Shown in pieces: positions 38,119 through 47,758 of a stretch of 64,000 nucleotides of DNA. The DNA is from an uncultured Clostridia bacterium (GTDB lineage Bacteria > Bacillota > Clostridia > Christensenellales > UBA1242): NCBI GenBank assembly GCA_930990515.1, contig CAKNPS010000003.1, positions 122,903 through 186,902 on the forward strand, written 5' to 3'. The first letter of the stretch is position 1. The number at the start of each line of letters is the position of its first letter. The position numbers and the translations under genes are program-made. Under the pieces are notes generated by a model. It worked only from the letters and a program-made list of their open reading frames with translations. It was not told the origin of the DNA and ran no database searches.

Positions 38119-39147
38119 TTATGCAACGCTTTCAAGCAAACCTTCGGCAAGAGAATTATCAACAACATCACTGAATACTGATTTTTCTGTGATTACGCCA
38201 GCATTAATCATAACATTCATAAGTGTGTCAAAACTTGCACTATCCATAACCATATCATTATCCCACGCATTGATAGCAATATATTGTTCTACTGCAATTT
38301 GAAGTTCCTGAGCCGTATTGCCGTTAAATGAAGGTAAAAGTGCTTGAGCAACTGCTAAAGAACTATTGCTAACAATATAGTTATAGCCCTTTTTAACAGC
38401 ATTTAAAAATTTTTCAGCAACATCACTATGGTCGCTTAAATAATTTTCACGAGCAATAAAGCAGGTGTATGGAATTGAACCAGAAAGTTCTCCAACATTC
38501 GTCACAATTTCTGAGCCTGGAACCGCATTCACTATATTTGTTGCTGTAGGTTCAAAAAGGGTGCAATATTTTACGCTGGAATCATTTTCCCAAACACTTG
38601 CTGTTAAATCGAAAGCAACATCTGTTCTTAAATTTATTTGGTCAGCACCTTCGCCTATTTCATATTCGCCAAGGACTTCTATAATGTATTGAAGTGTCAT
38701 TGCTGGAAGTCCGCCTGCACGACCACCAATAATTGTTTCGCCAACCATATCTTCAAGGCTAAAATCTTCCACACTTTCTTTTGAAACAATGAAAGAACCA
38801 TCACACTGTGTGAGTTGACCGAAAACGACTGGAGCATTGCTAACTCCTTCTTGGTCGGTATAAACTGCTGTTTCTGGACCTGCCAAAATTATATCCGCAG
38901 AGCCTGTCAAAAGTGCACTCATTGAAGTGTCAGAGCCACCGCCATTTGTAAGATTAACTGTCAAGCCTTCATCTTCAAAATAACCATTATTTATCGCAAC
39001 ATAAAGTGGGGCATAGAAAATGCTGTGTGTAACTTCATTGAGTTCAATGACATTATAATCTTTTTTGTTACAACCAAAAAGTAGCCCTGTGGAAAGAGCG
39101 AGTGTCAAAGCAAGAGCACATACTGTCAGTTTTTTCCAAATTTTCAT
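38119..39147 (-). CDS. ABC-transporter substrate-binding lipoprotein, NMT1/THI5 (nitrate/sulfonate/bicarbonate-type) family
   Basis: Signal peptide with lipobox LLFGC. N-terminal HSIFYAPLYVAINNGYFEDEGL..GGGS...ALLTGSADI is typical of NMT1/SsuA-like binding proteins. No permease or ATPase gene is adjacent. Confidence 0.7.
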   Translation of the reverse strand: MKIWKKLTVCALALTLALSTGLLFGCNKKDYNVIELNEVTHSIFYAPLYVAINNGYFEDEGLTVNLTNGGGSDTSMSALLTGSADIILAGPETAVYTDQEGVSNAPVVFGQLTQCDGSFIVSKESVEDFSLEDMVGETIIGGRAGGLPAMTLQYIIEVLGEYEIGEGADQINLRTDVAFDLTASVWENDSSVKYCTLFEPTATNIVNAVPGSEIVTNVGELSGSIPYTCFIARENYLSDHSDVAEKFLNAVKKGYNYIVSNSSLAVAQALLPSFNGNTAQELQIAVEQYIAINAWDNDMVMDSASFDTLMNVMINAGVITEKSVFSDVVDNSLAEGLLESVA

Positions 39148-39281
39148 TTTTCCTCCTTACAAATTAATTGTATGTTTTATCCTAAAATTATGTTTTTGAA
39201 AATTGATTTAATTTTTCTTGCTTTTTTGAGCGTGCTATTATATAATTAATATGTTATTATTTATTTAAGTGAGGCTATAAA

Positions 39282-41702
39282 ATGTTAGATAAAAAATATA
39301 ATGCAACGGAAAAAGAAGAAAAATGGTTAAATTATTGGCGAGAAAAGGGTGTTTATAAATTTGTGCCAGATGAAAGAAAGGTTTACTCTATTGACACTCC
39401 ACCTCCAACCGTAAGTGGCAAAATTCATATTGGACATATTTTTTCATATTCTCAAACAGAAATGATGGCAAGATATAAAAGACTTAGGGGATATAATGTT
39501 TTCTATCCTTTTGGTTTTGACGATAACGGGCTTCCAAGCGAAAGATTGGTTGAAAAGGAACAAGGAAAGAAAGCAAGTGAAATTGGTAGAGAAGAATTTT
39601 CAAAACTCTGCTACAATACAACTGATAAATATGAAGCAGAGTTTAAGGAACTTTTTAGCAAGATGGGTGTCAGCACTGATTGGAATATGGCATATAAGAC
39701 TGTCAGTCCTTCAACAATTAAAATTAGCCAAACATCTTTTCTTGATTTAGTTAAAAAGGGTCACTGCTACCATAAAGAAGCACCAGCACTTTGGTGCAAT
39801 GAATGTTTGACTTCAATTGCGCAAGCGGAACTTGAAACAAAGACAATTAAGACGACATTTAACTATGTCAACTTTGAAACAGTGGAAGATAAAGAAAAAT
39901 TTACCATTGCAACAACTCGTCCAGAACTTCTTCCTGCCATTGTGTGTGTTTTTGTTAATCCAGAAGATGAAAAACATAAACATTTGATTGGGAAAACCGC
40001 ACATATTCCTATTATTAATGTTAATGTTCCTATTATGGCTGATGAAAAGGTTGCTGTTGATAAAGGAACTGGTGTGGTTATGTGCTGTACTTTTGGTGAC
40101 CAAACCGACATTGAATGGTGGAAAAAATATAATTTGCCACTTAAAAATATTTTTACAAGCGATGGTAGAATTGCAAGTAGTGTGCCAAACTATGGCGGTA
40201 TGAAGATTAAAGAAGCAAGAAAACAAATTGTTGAAGATTTGCAAAATGGTGGCTATATCGTCAAAATTGAAGAACTTGAACACGAAGTTCAAACACACGA
40301 GCGTTGTGGCAAAGAAGTTGAATATGCTGTTATGAATCAATGGTTTATTGACATTATGAACCATAAAGAAGATTTCATTAAAATTGGTAATGAAATTAAA
40401 TGGCACCCAGAACACATGCACTCTCGCTACAATGATTGGGTTAAAAATGTGCTTTGGGATTGGTGTATTTCTCGTCAAAGATATTTTGGTGTTCCATTTC
40501 CTGTTTGGTATTGCAAGGATTGCAACGAACCTATTTTTGCTGATGTTAATGATTTACCTGTTAATCCATTAACTGATAAACCAAAAATTTCAAAATGTCC
40601 AAAATGTGGGTGCACAGAATTTAGACCAGAAACTGATGTTATGGACACTTGGGCAACATCTTCTGTTACTCCACTTATCAATATGAAATATGGCGAAAAA
40701 GATAACTATGAAAACATCTTGAAGCCTATGAGTTTAAGAGCAAATGCATCTGAAATCATCAGAACTTGGGATTTCTATACTATTGTTAAAAGTTTTTACC
40801 ACTTTGGAATGCGTCCTTGGGACAATGTTATGATTTCTGGTTTTGTTATGGCATCTAAAGGCGAAAAGATAAGTAAGAGTAAGGGGAATAGTAAGGTTGA
40901 ACCTATTGATCTTATCAAACAATATTCTGCCGATGTAATTCGCTATTGGGCAGGTTCAGGCAGACTTGGAACGGACATTGTTTTTAGTGAAGAAACTTTG
41001 CAACGCGGAAGAAAACTTGTCAATAAAATTTGGAATGTGGCAAAATTCATTGAAATGCATTTACAAGACTTTGTAGATAGTGATTTCCAAAATTATGAAT
41101 ATATCGATAAGTGGATACTTGGAAAATATCAAGAAATGGAAGCGGGCTTTATTAAATATCTTGACGAATATGAAGTTGGGCTTGCTCTCAACCATCTTGA
41201 AAAATTCTTCTGGAATTTCTGCGATAATTATGTTGAAATTGTTAAACATAGACTTTATAGACCGGAAGAATTTGGTGCTGAACCAAGATATTCTGGGCAA
41301 AAAACTGTTTATATGATTTTATATAAACTTCTTCAAGATTTTTCAATTTTCTTCCCATTTATAACAGAAGAAATATATCAAGAACTTTATCATAAAGAAA
41401 AATCTATTCATTTGACCACAATCAAAGAATTTGATTTTGATTTTAAAGATGAAGCAAAACTTGGCGATTTGATGGTGGAAATTATAAGTGCTGCAAGGGG
41501 AGAAAAGACAATCAATAATGTTTCTCTTAAAACTCCAATCAAAAATTTAGATTTATGTGTGAGTGAAGAACTTAAAAAAGCAATTGAGAAAAGCATTAAA
41601 GATTTCAAGGCGACACTCTTCATTGAAAACCTTAATTTTGTTGGAACGGCTGAAAATTATGAAATTAAGAAAATTGAACTCAATTTGGAAGCAGGGGAGT
41701 AA
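39282..41702 (+). CDS. valS: Valine--tRNA ligase (short form, 806 aa)
   Basis: Class I aaRS with PPTVSGKIHIGH (HIGH) and KISKSKGN (KMSKS), a CP1 editing insertion and a ValRS-like N-terminus (EEKWLNYWREKGVYKF). It lacks the long C-terminal coiled coil. Confidence 0.8.
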   Translation: MLDKKYNATEKEEKWLNYWREKGVYKFVPDERKVYSIDTPPPTVSGKIHIGHIFSYSQTEMMARYKRLRGYNVFYPFGFDDNGLPSERLVEKEQGKKASEIGREEFSKLCYNTTDKYEAEFKELFSKMGVSTDWNMAYKTVSPSTIKISQTSFLDLVKKGHCYHKEAPALWCNECLTSIAQAELETKTIKTTFNYVNFETVEDKEKFTIATTRPELLPAIVCVFVNPEDEKHKHLIGKTAHIPIINVNVPIMADEKVAVDKGTGVVMCCTFGDQTDIEWWKKYNLPLKNIFTSDGRIASSVPNYGGMKIKEARKQIVEDLQNGGYIVKIEELEHEVQTHERCGKEVEYAVMNQWFIDIMNHKEDFIKIGNEIKWHPEHMHSRYNDWVKNVLWDWCISRQRYFGVPFPVWYCKDCNEPIFADVNDLPVNPLTDKPKISKCPKCGCTEFRPETDVMDTWATSSVTPLINMKYGEKDNYENILKPMSLRANASEIIRTWDFYTIVKSFYHFGMRPWDNVMISGFVMASKGEKISKSKGNSKVEPIDLIKQYSADVIRYWAGSGRLGTDIVFSEETLQRGRKLVNKIWNVAKFIEMHLQDFVDSDFQNYEYIDKWILGKYQEMEAGFIKYLDEYEVGLALNHLEKFFWNFCDNYVEIVKHRLYRPEEFGAEPRYSGQKTVYMILYKLLQDFSIFFPFITEEIYQELYHKEKSIHLTTIKEFDFDFKDEAKLGDLMVEIISAARGEKTINNVSLKTPIKNLDLCVSEELKKAIEKSIKDFKATLFIENLNFVGTAENYEIKKIELNLEAGE

Positions 41703-41733
41703 CTTAAAAATTTATATAAATTATAAAAAATAA

Positions 41734-41766
41734 AAAAAGTTCACGCAAAATGTGAACTTTTTTTGC
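41734..41766. terminator. Bidirectional terminator between valS and folA
   Basis: aaagttcac (41736-41744)/gtgaacttt (41752-41760), with flanking A- and T-runs. Confidence 0.75.
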
Positions 41767-41769
41767 TTT

Positions 41770-42270
41770 TTATAGGTCTTTTTCGCAATTTTTATGAGAA
41801 AGTTCTCTTTCAAGGACTAAAAATTTAAACGATGGATTGGCAGTTTTTTCATAAACTGTTTCAGCACGACTTAAATCTATTTTTGGAAAAAATGTATCGC
41901 CGTTTTTAATTTCAGTGTTGATTAAAGTTAGATAAAACTTTTTGGCATAAGGGAGAGCTTGTCTATATATGCTTTCGCCACCACAAACAAAAATTTCTTC
42001 TTTTGAGTTTTTATTTTCTTCTAAAAATTCTTGAAGATTTTGAATGGTGTGACAATTTTTTTCTTCAATTTTGAGAGAATTGCTAACCAAAATTGTTTTT
42101 CTATTTGGAAGAATTTTTCCAATTGAAAGAAAAGTGTTTTTGCCCATGACAATGGTGTGGTTTAATGTTCGTTCTTTAAACCATTTTAAGTCTTCTTTGA
42201 TATGCCAAGGCAATTTTCCATCTTTACCTATGCAAAAATTTTTATCAAATGCCACAATAATTGAAATCAT
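41770..42270 (-). CDS. folA: Dihydrofolate reductase
   Basis: Start at MISIIVAFDKNFCIGKDGKLPWHIKEDLKWFKERT...VMGKNTF...GGESIY. The longer ORF in the track runs through a terminator and the tRNA gene. A TTGACA-17-TACCAT promoter lies at 42321-42293 on the minus strand. Confidence 0.9.
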   Translation of the reverse strand: MISIIVAFDKNFCIGKDGKLPWHIKEDLKWFKERTLNHTIVMGKNTFLSIGKILPNRKTILVSNSLKIEEKNCHTIQNLQEFLEENKNSKEEIFVCGGESIYRQALPYAKKFYLTLINTEIKNGDTFFPKIDLSRAETVYEKTANPSFKFLVLERELSHKNCEKDL

Positions 42271-42321
42271 TTTTTTATCCTTTAATGTAAAAATGGTACC
42301 ATACATAAAAATATTTGTCAA

Positions 42322-42348
42322 TAAAAAATAGCGACTAATTATCGCTAT
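42322..42348 (-). terminator. Terminator after tRNA-Leu(AAG)
   Basis: On the minus strand: tagcga taattag tcgcta, followed by tttttt. Confidence 0.6.
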
Positions 42349-42359
42349 TACTTTATTGT

Positions 42360-42441
42360 TGGTGCGAGCGGTGGGACTTGAACCCACACTCTTTCGAACA
42401 TGCCCCTTAAACATGCGCGTCTGCCATTCCGCCACGCTCGC
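42360..42441 (-). tRNA. tRNA-Leu with anticodon AAG (A34), CCA encoded
   Basis: Reverse complement: GCGAGCG TG GCGGAATGGCAGACGC G CATGT TTAAGGG GCATG TTCGAAAGAGT GTGGG TTCAAGT CCCAC CGCTCGC A CCA. The D-arm is identical to that of the CAA isoacceptor, which fixes the register. The anticodon loop is UU-AAG-GG with G37. Confidence 0.8.
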
Positions 42442-42458
42442 ATTTATTCGACTTTTAT

Positions 42459-42487
42459 ATTATAGTTAAATCATTTAGGTTTGTCAA
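42459..42487 (-). promoter_or_regulatory. Promoter of tRNA-Leu(AAG)
   Basis: On the minus strand: TTGACA (42487-42482), 17-nt spacer, TATAAT (42464-42459), about 18 nt before the mature 5' end. Confidence 0.65.
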
Positions 42488-42660
42488 CAATTTTTCTAAT
42501 ATTTTTTAAATTTTATGATTTTTTAACCTTTTACATCAAAAATTTGGTAAATTATGTTTTTTTCAACATATTGAAAAATGTGAAAATAAAATTGAAAAAA
42601 TATCTTAATGATAAGAAATTTATTTGATTTTTTTTAATATATAGTGATATACTATTAAAT

Positions 42661-45600
42661 ATGAGAAATAATATATTAAATAAAAAATTATTTTTTGTTT
42701 GCATAATTTTGTTTGCATTTGTTTTTTGCCTTGTTTCTTTGTTTTCTTTTGACTTTTCATTAGCAAAAGCAGAAAATTCTGAAACAAACACTGTTGGCTC
42801 TTACGAAGATTTAGAAAGCGGACTATTTCGTTTATTTAACCAATTTGGCGTTACTCAAGATGGTGAAAAGATTGTTATTGATAAAGAAAGTGTTGAAGTT
42901 GAAAACGAGGAAGAATATGTTTCTTCTTCGGCTTTAAATTTAGATACCGGAATCTCTACTTTTTCTATGGAAAATAATACTCAAGAGTTGATTTCATTAT
43001 CTTCACTTGAAGAAAAATATGATATTACAGAAGAAGATGATGCTTATGTTTTGTCTAAAAGCGATTATACAAACCGTATTATTGTTTCTTATGATGGCGA
43101 ACTTGAGCCCTATAATACAGAATACTATGCTGAAGGGTTAGGTTATCATATTTATCAATATGAAACTCAAGAAGATACGAGAGAAGCATTTGAATATTAT
43201 TCCAACATTTCTTATGTGGAAAGTGTAGAATATGATTATGTTGTCACAGTTGATACAATTTCAGATCACACCATTTTTTCATCATCAAGCTACTTATCTT
43301 GGGGTGCAGATGTTACGGGTGTTGCTGATTATATGGCTTATCTTGACTATTTATTTACTGACGAAGAATTGAACACGGTTTATGTTCCTGTTTTGGATAG
43401 TGGGGTGGACACTAATCATAACCTTTTAAAGGATAGAATAGATTTTGAACATTCGAAAGATTTTACTGGCACAGGCTCAAGTGAGAATGGGAAATACGCT
43501 TTTGAAGATGATAATGGACACGGCACTCATACTGCGGGCATTATTGCAGACCAAACAAAAGATAATGTTAAAATTATTTCTTTGAAAGTTTTAAAAGCGA
43601 ATGGTAAGGGGTCAGTAGCGAACATTTTGCTTGCATTTGAATATATTCAAAATTTAAATGACTCAGAGTATATGCGAGAAGAATTTGAAGAAGATGCTCT
43701 AGGAATTCGTGTTATTAATATGAGTTTAGGACTTGAAGATGAAGATGGTAATATCGTTCATAGTCCTAATTTGGAAAATAAAGTCAGAGAAATTTATAGA
43801 GATAACACTTCAACTGGGCAAAATGGTATTTTATCTGTTGTTGCTGCGGGGAATAGTGGAAGAAGCACTATGACTTGTTCGCCTGCAAATGTTTCTGAAG
43901 CTATTGTTGTTTCTGCTCTATCTTCTCGTAATAATGATGAAGAAGAAAAAACTGAAGTTGAAGATTTATTTTTTGCTTCATATTCAAATTATGGCTCTAC
44001 TGTTGACTTTTCCGCTCCTGGGACATGGGTAGTAAGTTCTTATGTAAGAGTTATTAATGGAATTGTGATTGATGATCCAAATTTTTGCTGTGAACAAAGC
44101 GGAACATCAATGGCTGCACCACATGTTACTGCTTGTATTGCACTTATTCTTTCTAGTCCAACTCTTGCTGAGATGTCTAATGCTGAGATAATTTCAAACC
44201 TTAAGGCAAATTCGATTGACCTTGGAGATGAAGGTTTTGACCAATATTATGGAAATGGCTTAATTAATATTTCAAACTTAGGAATTATAACCAAAGGTGT
44301 TGTTGATTTTAGCGTTTCAGAATTACATCACACTAAAGAATTTGAAGTGGAACTTTCTTATGATTTAACTCTTAATGGTGGAGAATCTTACACAATTTAT
44401 TATACAACTGATGGAACAGAGCCTGGGATAAATTCTCAAGTTTATTCTGCTCCTATAACAATTTCAGAAACCACTCAAATTCGTGCGATTGCGTATGCAA
44501 CTTCACAAATTGAGGAAAATAATCTAATAAAGAGTAAAATATCAACAATAACATATTACCTTAATAATATTGACCTAGACAGCAATTTTGAAATAAATGA
44601 ATTAACGGGCACAATTGTTAAATATAACGGAAATCTTACAACTTTAAATATTCAAGATGTCATTTCTAATACAAGAATAACAAGAATTGGAGAAAGTGCT
44701 TTTTCAAATTCTAATGTGGAAAATGTCATTTTACCAAATTCTTGCTTATACATTGATAATTATGCCTTTTATAACGCTACAAATTTAGAAAGTATAACTT
44801 TGAACAATGTTTACTATATTAGAAACTATGCTTTTGCAAATTGTATAAATTTAAAAGAATTATATTTGCCTTATGCTATGTCAATCGGAACTGGGGCATT
44901 TAATAATGTGAAACTGGACAGTATGACTTTGGGTGGTCAGGTTTCTACTTTTGGAGAAATGAGCAATTTTAGTGTTGGAACTTTGGAATGTTATACTGGT
45001 ATGGGCTTAGATGAAACTTATAATCTTTATGCAGATACAATTATTTCCATAAATTTACATGTTGTAAATGTCACTGGCACAACAAAATTGATTGGCAAAA
45101 GTGGAGACGAAATTGTTTTACAATATGATGTGTATGGAAAATTTTCAAGTTCATCTTATAGGTCAGATGACGAAAATGCTTCAATTTATGTTGATAATAG
45201 CGAATTTGAAACAAAAAATGTTCGACATATAACATTCACATTTTCTGGTCTTAGTGTAGATAGCGATCAGCCATATTCATATTATTTGAATTTCTATGAT
45301 ATTTTTGGCAACCAAATTCAAGACAATATTGAGATTACAATTTTACCTTCAGTAACTCAAGAATATGCTCTTAACATTGAAGGCGAAAATTTTGAGATTT
45401 ATGTAAATGGTCAGTTAGTAAATAGCGGTTTTGTGCTTTATGCTGGTATAAGCGACTATGAAATCAAAATTGAAGCAGAAAAAGGTTATGGGCTTTCTTC
45501 AATTAATGTTAATGGAGAAACTCAAACAGAGACATATTTTACCCTTCCAACAATAAATGGCGATGTTACTATTAATTGTGTGTCTTATGAAATTCCAAAT

Positions 45601-46218
45601 TTTTCTATTCAATTTAGTCATTCTGAAAATGTAGATATTTTAGTTAATGAAACACCTATTGAAGACACTATAACAGTTGACAGAAATGGGAACCTTACTT
45701 TCAAAGTTCAAGTGAAAGAAGGTTATAGAATAAGTCAAGTGTCTATTAATGGAGAAATTGTAACTCTAGATGAAAATAACTCTTTCACTCTTACAAATGT
45801 TTTAGAAAATTTTAATGTTGAAATTGTTGATAAACAAATAACTTTCAATTTATATATTTCCTATGGTAACGGTGGAGATGTTTCTGCAGCAAATATCGAA
45901 CAAGTATTTTACGGAGCTAATAAAGTTTTAGACATTATTCCAAATGAAGGATATGAAGTTGATAGTGTGTTTGTGAATGGGGAAGAAGTTGAAGTTATAA
46001 ATAACCAGCTTGACCTTCAAAATATTACAAGTGATATGGAAATTGTTGTATCATTTAGACCAATAAACACTGGTCTGACAGAAAGTGAACTTGCTTTAAT
46101 TATTTTATTCTCAATACTTATTGGGGCGACATTTATTTGGGGTATTACTGAATTAATTTTAAAGATTAGAAGAGATAAGAAATATAATTATAAAAAAAAT
46201 TATTCTAAACATTTTTAA
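42661..46218 (+). CDS. Cell-surface subtilisin-like (S8) serine protease with BspA-type leucine-rich repeats and a C-terminal TM anchor
   Basis: Signal peptide, then the catalytic triad contexts VLDSGVDTNH, HGTHTAGIIA and GTSMAAPHVTA. A YTIYYTTDGTEPG module follows, then LRR units (ITRIGESAFSNSNVENVILPNS..IDNYAFYNATNLESITL), repeated Ig-like modules of about 90 aa, and a terminal TM helix with a KIRRDKKYNYKK tail. No LPXTG. Confidence 0.85.
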   Translation: MRNNILNKKLFFVCIILFAFVFCLVSLFSFDFSLAKAENSETNTVGSYEDLESGLFRLFNQFGVTQDGEKIVIDKESVEVENEEEYVSSSALNLDTGISTFSMENNTQELISLSSLEEKYDITEEDDAYVLSKSDYTNRIIVSYDGELEPYNTEYYAEGLGYHIYQYETQEDTREAFEYYSNISYVESVEYDYVVTVDTISDHTIFSSSSYLSWGADVTGVADYMAYLDYLFTDEELNTVYVPVLDSGVDTNHNLLKDRIDFEHSKDFTGTGSSENGKYAFEDDNGHGTHTAGIIADQTKDNVKIISLKVLKANGKGSVANILLAFEYIQNLNDSEYMREEFEEDALGIRVINMSLGLEDEDGNIVHSPNLENKVREIYRDNTSTGQNGILSVVAAGNSGRSTMTCSPANVSEAIVVSALSSRNNDEEEKTEVEDLFFASYSNYGSTVDFSAPGTWVVSSYVRVINGIVIDDPNFCCEQSGTSMAAPHVTACIALILSSPTLAEMSNAEIISNLKANSIDLGDEGFDQYYGNGLINISNLGIITKGVVDFSVSELHHTKEFEVELSYDLTLNGGESYTIYYTTDGTEPGINSQVYSAPITISETTQIRAIAYATSQIEENNLIKSKISTITYYLNNIDLDSNFEINELTGTIVKYNGNLTTLNIQDVISNTRITRIGESAFSNSNVENVILPNSCLYIDNYAFYNATNLESITLNNVYYIRNYAFANCINLKELYLPYAMSIGTGAFNNVKLDSMTLGGQVSTFGEMSNFSVGTLECYTGMGLDETYNLYADTIISINLHVVNVTGTTKLIGKSGDEIVLQYDVYGKFSSSSYRSDDENASIYVDNSEFETKNVRHITFTFSGLSVDSDQPYSYYLNFYDIFGNQIQDNIEITILPSVTQEYALNIEGENFEIYVNGQLVNSGFVLYAGISDYEIKIEAEKGYGLSSINVNGETQTETYFTLPTINGDVTINCVSYEIPNFSIQFSHSENVDILVNETPIEDTITVDRNGNLTFKVQVKEGYRISQVSINGEIVTLDENNSFTLTNVLENFNVEIVDKQITFNLYISYGNGGDVSAANIEQVFYGANKVLDIIPNEGYEVDSVFVNGEEVEVINNQLDLQNITSDMEIVVSFRPINTGLTESELALIILFSILIGATFIWGITELILKIRRDKKYNYKKNYSKHF

Positions 46219-46283
46219 TTTTCATATTATTATGTTATAATGTTTTTAGGAAATTGTGTTCCAATTTAAAAAGGAGGTAAAAA

Positions 46284-46868
46284 ATGAGTCCAGGATTAAT
46301 TGCTGTGCTTGTTGTTGCAGGTATTATCGTTCTTCTTGCAATTATTCTCATAATTTGGATTTGGGCGACTTATAATGCTTTTGTAAGACTCAAAAATAAT
46401 GTTGATGAAAGTTATTCAACAATGGATGTTTACATGAAAAAGCGTTATGACCTTATTCCAAACTTGGTGGAAACTGTGAAAGGTTATGCAAAGCACGAAG
46501 AAAAAACTTTGGAAGGTGTTATGCAGGCAAGATATTCTTGTATGTCAGCAAACAACATTGAAGAAAAAGCAAAATATGAGAATATGCTCACTGGCACACT
46601 TAAATCTTTGTTTGCAGTTTCTGAAAACTATCCAAACTTGAAGGCAGACCAAAACTTTATTGATCTTCAAAATTCTTTAAAAACTTTGGAAGAAGAAATT
46701 GCAACTTCAAGAAAATATTATAATGGCTGTGTTAAGACTTATAATATTAAAAGAGAAAGTTTCCCTTCAAATATGATTGCAAAATGGTTTAAGTTTGAAA
46801 AACGTGACCTTTTTGAAATCACTGAAGCGGAAGAAAGAGTTGCACCAAAAGTTGATTTCAGTAAATAA
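46284..46868 (+). CDS. lemA: LemA family protein
   Basis: N-terminal TM helix, then YNAFVRLKNNVDESYSTMDVYMKKRYDLIPNLVETVKGYAKHE, which is typical of LemA. Confidence 0.85.
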   Translation: MSPGLIAVLVVAGIIVLLAIILIIWIWATYNAFVRLKNNVDESYSTMDVYMKKRYDLIPNLVETVKGYAKHEEKTLEGVMQARYSCMSANNIEEKAKYENMLTGTLKSLFAVSENYPNLKADQNFIDLQNSLKTLEEEIATSRKYYNGCVKTYNIKRESFPSNMIAKWFKFEKRDLFEITEAEERVAPKVDFSK

Positions 46869-46900
46869 AAAAAAGCACATAAATTTGTGTGCTTTTTTTT
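46867..46900. terminator. Bidirectional terminator
   Basis: aaaagcacat aaattt gtgtgctttt, with an A-run and a T-run. Confidence 0.75.
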
Positions 46901-47502
46901 TAAACTTCAGTTTTAACAAAATATCTTGCATCGTGTAAACATAATGGGCAAACAAAATCTTCTGGCAATGGGTCGCTTTCGTAGACATAACCACAAACAG
47001 AACAAATATAAACAACCTTTTTCTGTGGAATGGTGTTTTTTGGTTTTATGTTTGCTTGGTAGTAAGCATAAGTGATTGAAGGAATTTCGTTCAAAACCAC
47101 TTCTTCGGTAACATCTGCTAAAAATTCAATATGTGTTCCTAAATCACGAACTTCCACAACTTCTGCAGAAATGTATGAGTTTGTTCCTTGTGTGATATAT
47201 GGTATTTCATTTTCAGCGATTTCGTAATTTGAAAAATTCTCAAACTTATTCGTGTTCTTACCACTTGCAAAACCAAATCTTTTTATTAAATCAAAGTCTG
47301 CTTTTTCATTTAAAATGGAAATATTAAATTTCTTTGTTTTTAAAATTTGCTCGGTTGTAAAATTGTTTTTATTTACAGCAATCATAATTCTGTTTGGGGT
47401 TGAAGTGACTTGTGAAAGGGCATTAATAACACAGCCATTTATTTTTTCAGTCTTTGCTGTTAATATGTATAAGCCGTAAGAAATATTAAACATTGCATTC
47501 AT
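46900..47502 (-). CDS. Flavin reductase-like domain fused to rubredoxin (high-molecular-weight rubredoxin type)
   Basis: N-terminal FMN-binding split-barrel-like region (YGLYILTAK..INGCVINALSQVTS). C-terminal rubredoxin with YICSVCGYVY...FVCPLCLH (two CxxC pairs). Confidence 0.8.
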   Translation of the reverse strand: MNAMFNISYGLYILTAKTEKINGCVINALSQVTSTPNRIMIAVNKNNFTTEQILKTKKFNISILNEKADFDLIKRFGFASGKNTNKFENFSNYEIAENEIPYITQGTNSYISAEVVEVRDLGTHIEFLADVTEEVVLNEIPSITYAYYQANIKPKNTIPQKKVVYICSVCGYVYESDPLPEDFVCPLCLHDARYFVKTEV

Positions 47503-47723
47503 AAGTTTCTCCTTTTAAAATATATTATCATAAATAAAGTTTTTGGTCAAATATTTTATGAATTAAAAAGATAAGGAAAATGGACTTATAATTAATAATT
47601 TAAGAGAAGGTGTTATATTTTAAATTATCTTGTTTTGAAATTTTCTAAAGATTATAATTATTTTAAGTTTTTAATTTTTATTATTAAAAAAGTATGCTAG
47701 AATCTAAAGACACACAACGTGTG

Positions 47724-47752
47724 TTGCATTTTTGGCTAAATTATGATATAAT
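47724..47752 (+). promoter_or_regulatory. Promoter of the large non-coding RNA
   Basis: TTGCAT (47724-47729), 17-nt spacer, TGaTATAAT (hexamer 47747-47752). A second possible extended -10 (TGcTAGAAT) lies near 47694-47702. Confidence 0.6.
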
Positions 47753-47758
47753 ATATAT

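Noticed and set aside
39148-39281. T-box or TPP-type leaders upstream of valS, alaS (51161-51238) or the NMT1/THI5-like binding protein
   Set aside because: The intergenic regions are only 80-130 nt, AT-rich, and lack specifier/T-box or TPP (CUGAGA) elements.
41770-42435. 221-aa ORF extending folA upstream
   Set aside because: The N-terminal 55 codons read through an intrinsic terminator and the antisense-oriented tRNA-Leu(AAG) gene. The DHFR homology, an SD-like aagga and a promoter all begin at the internal ATG (42270).
42552-42791. 79-aa minus-strand ORF overlapping the start of the S8 protease gene
   Set aside because: It is antisense to the protease signal-peptide region and its promoter, has no SD, and gives a low-complexity N/F/K-rich translation.
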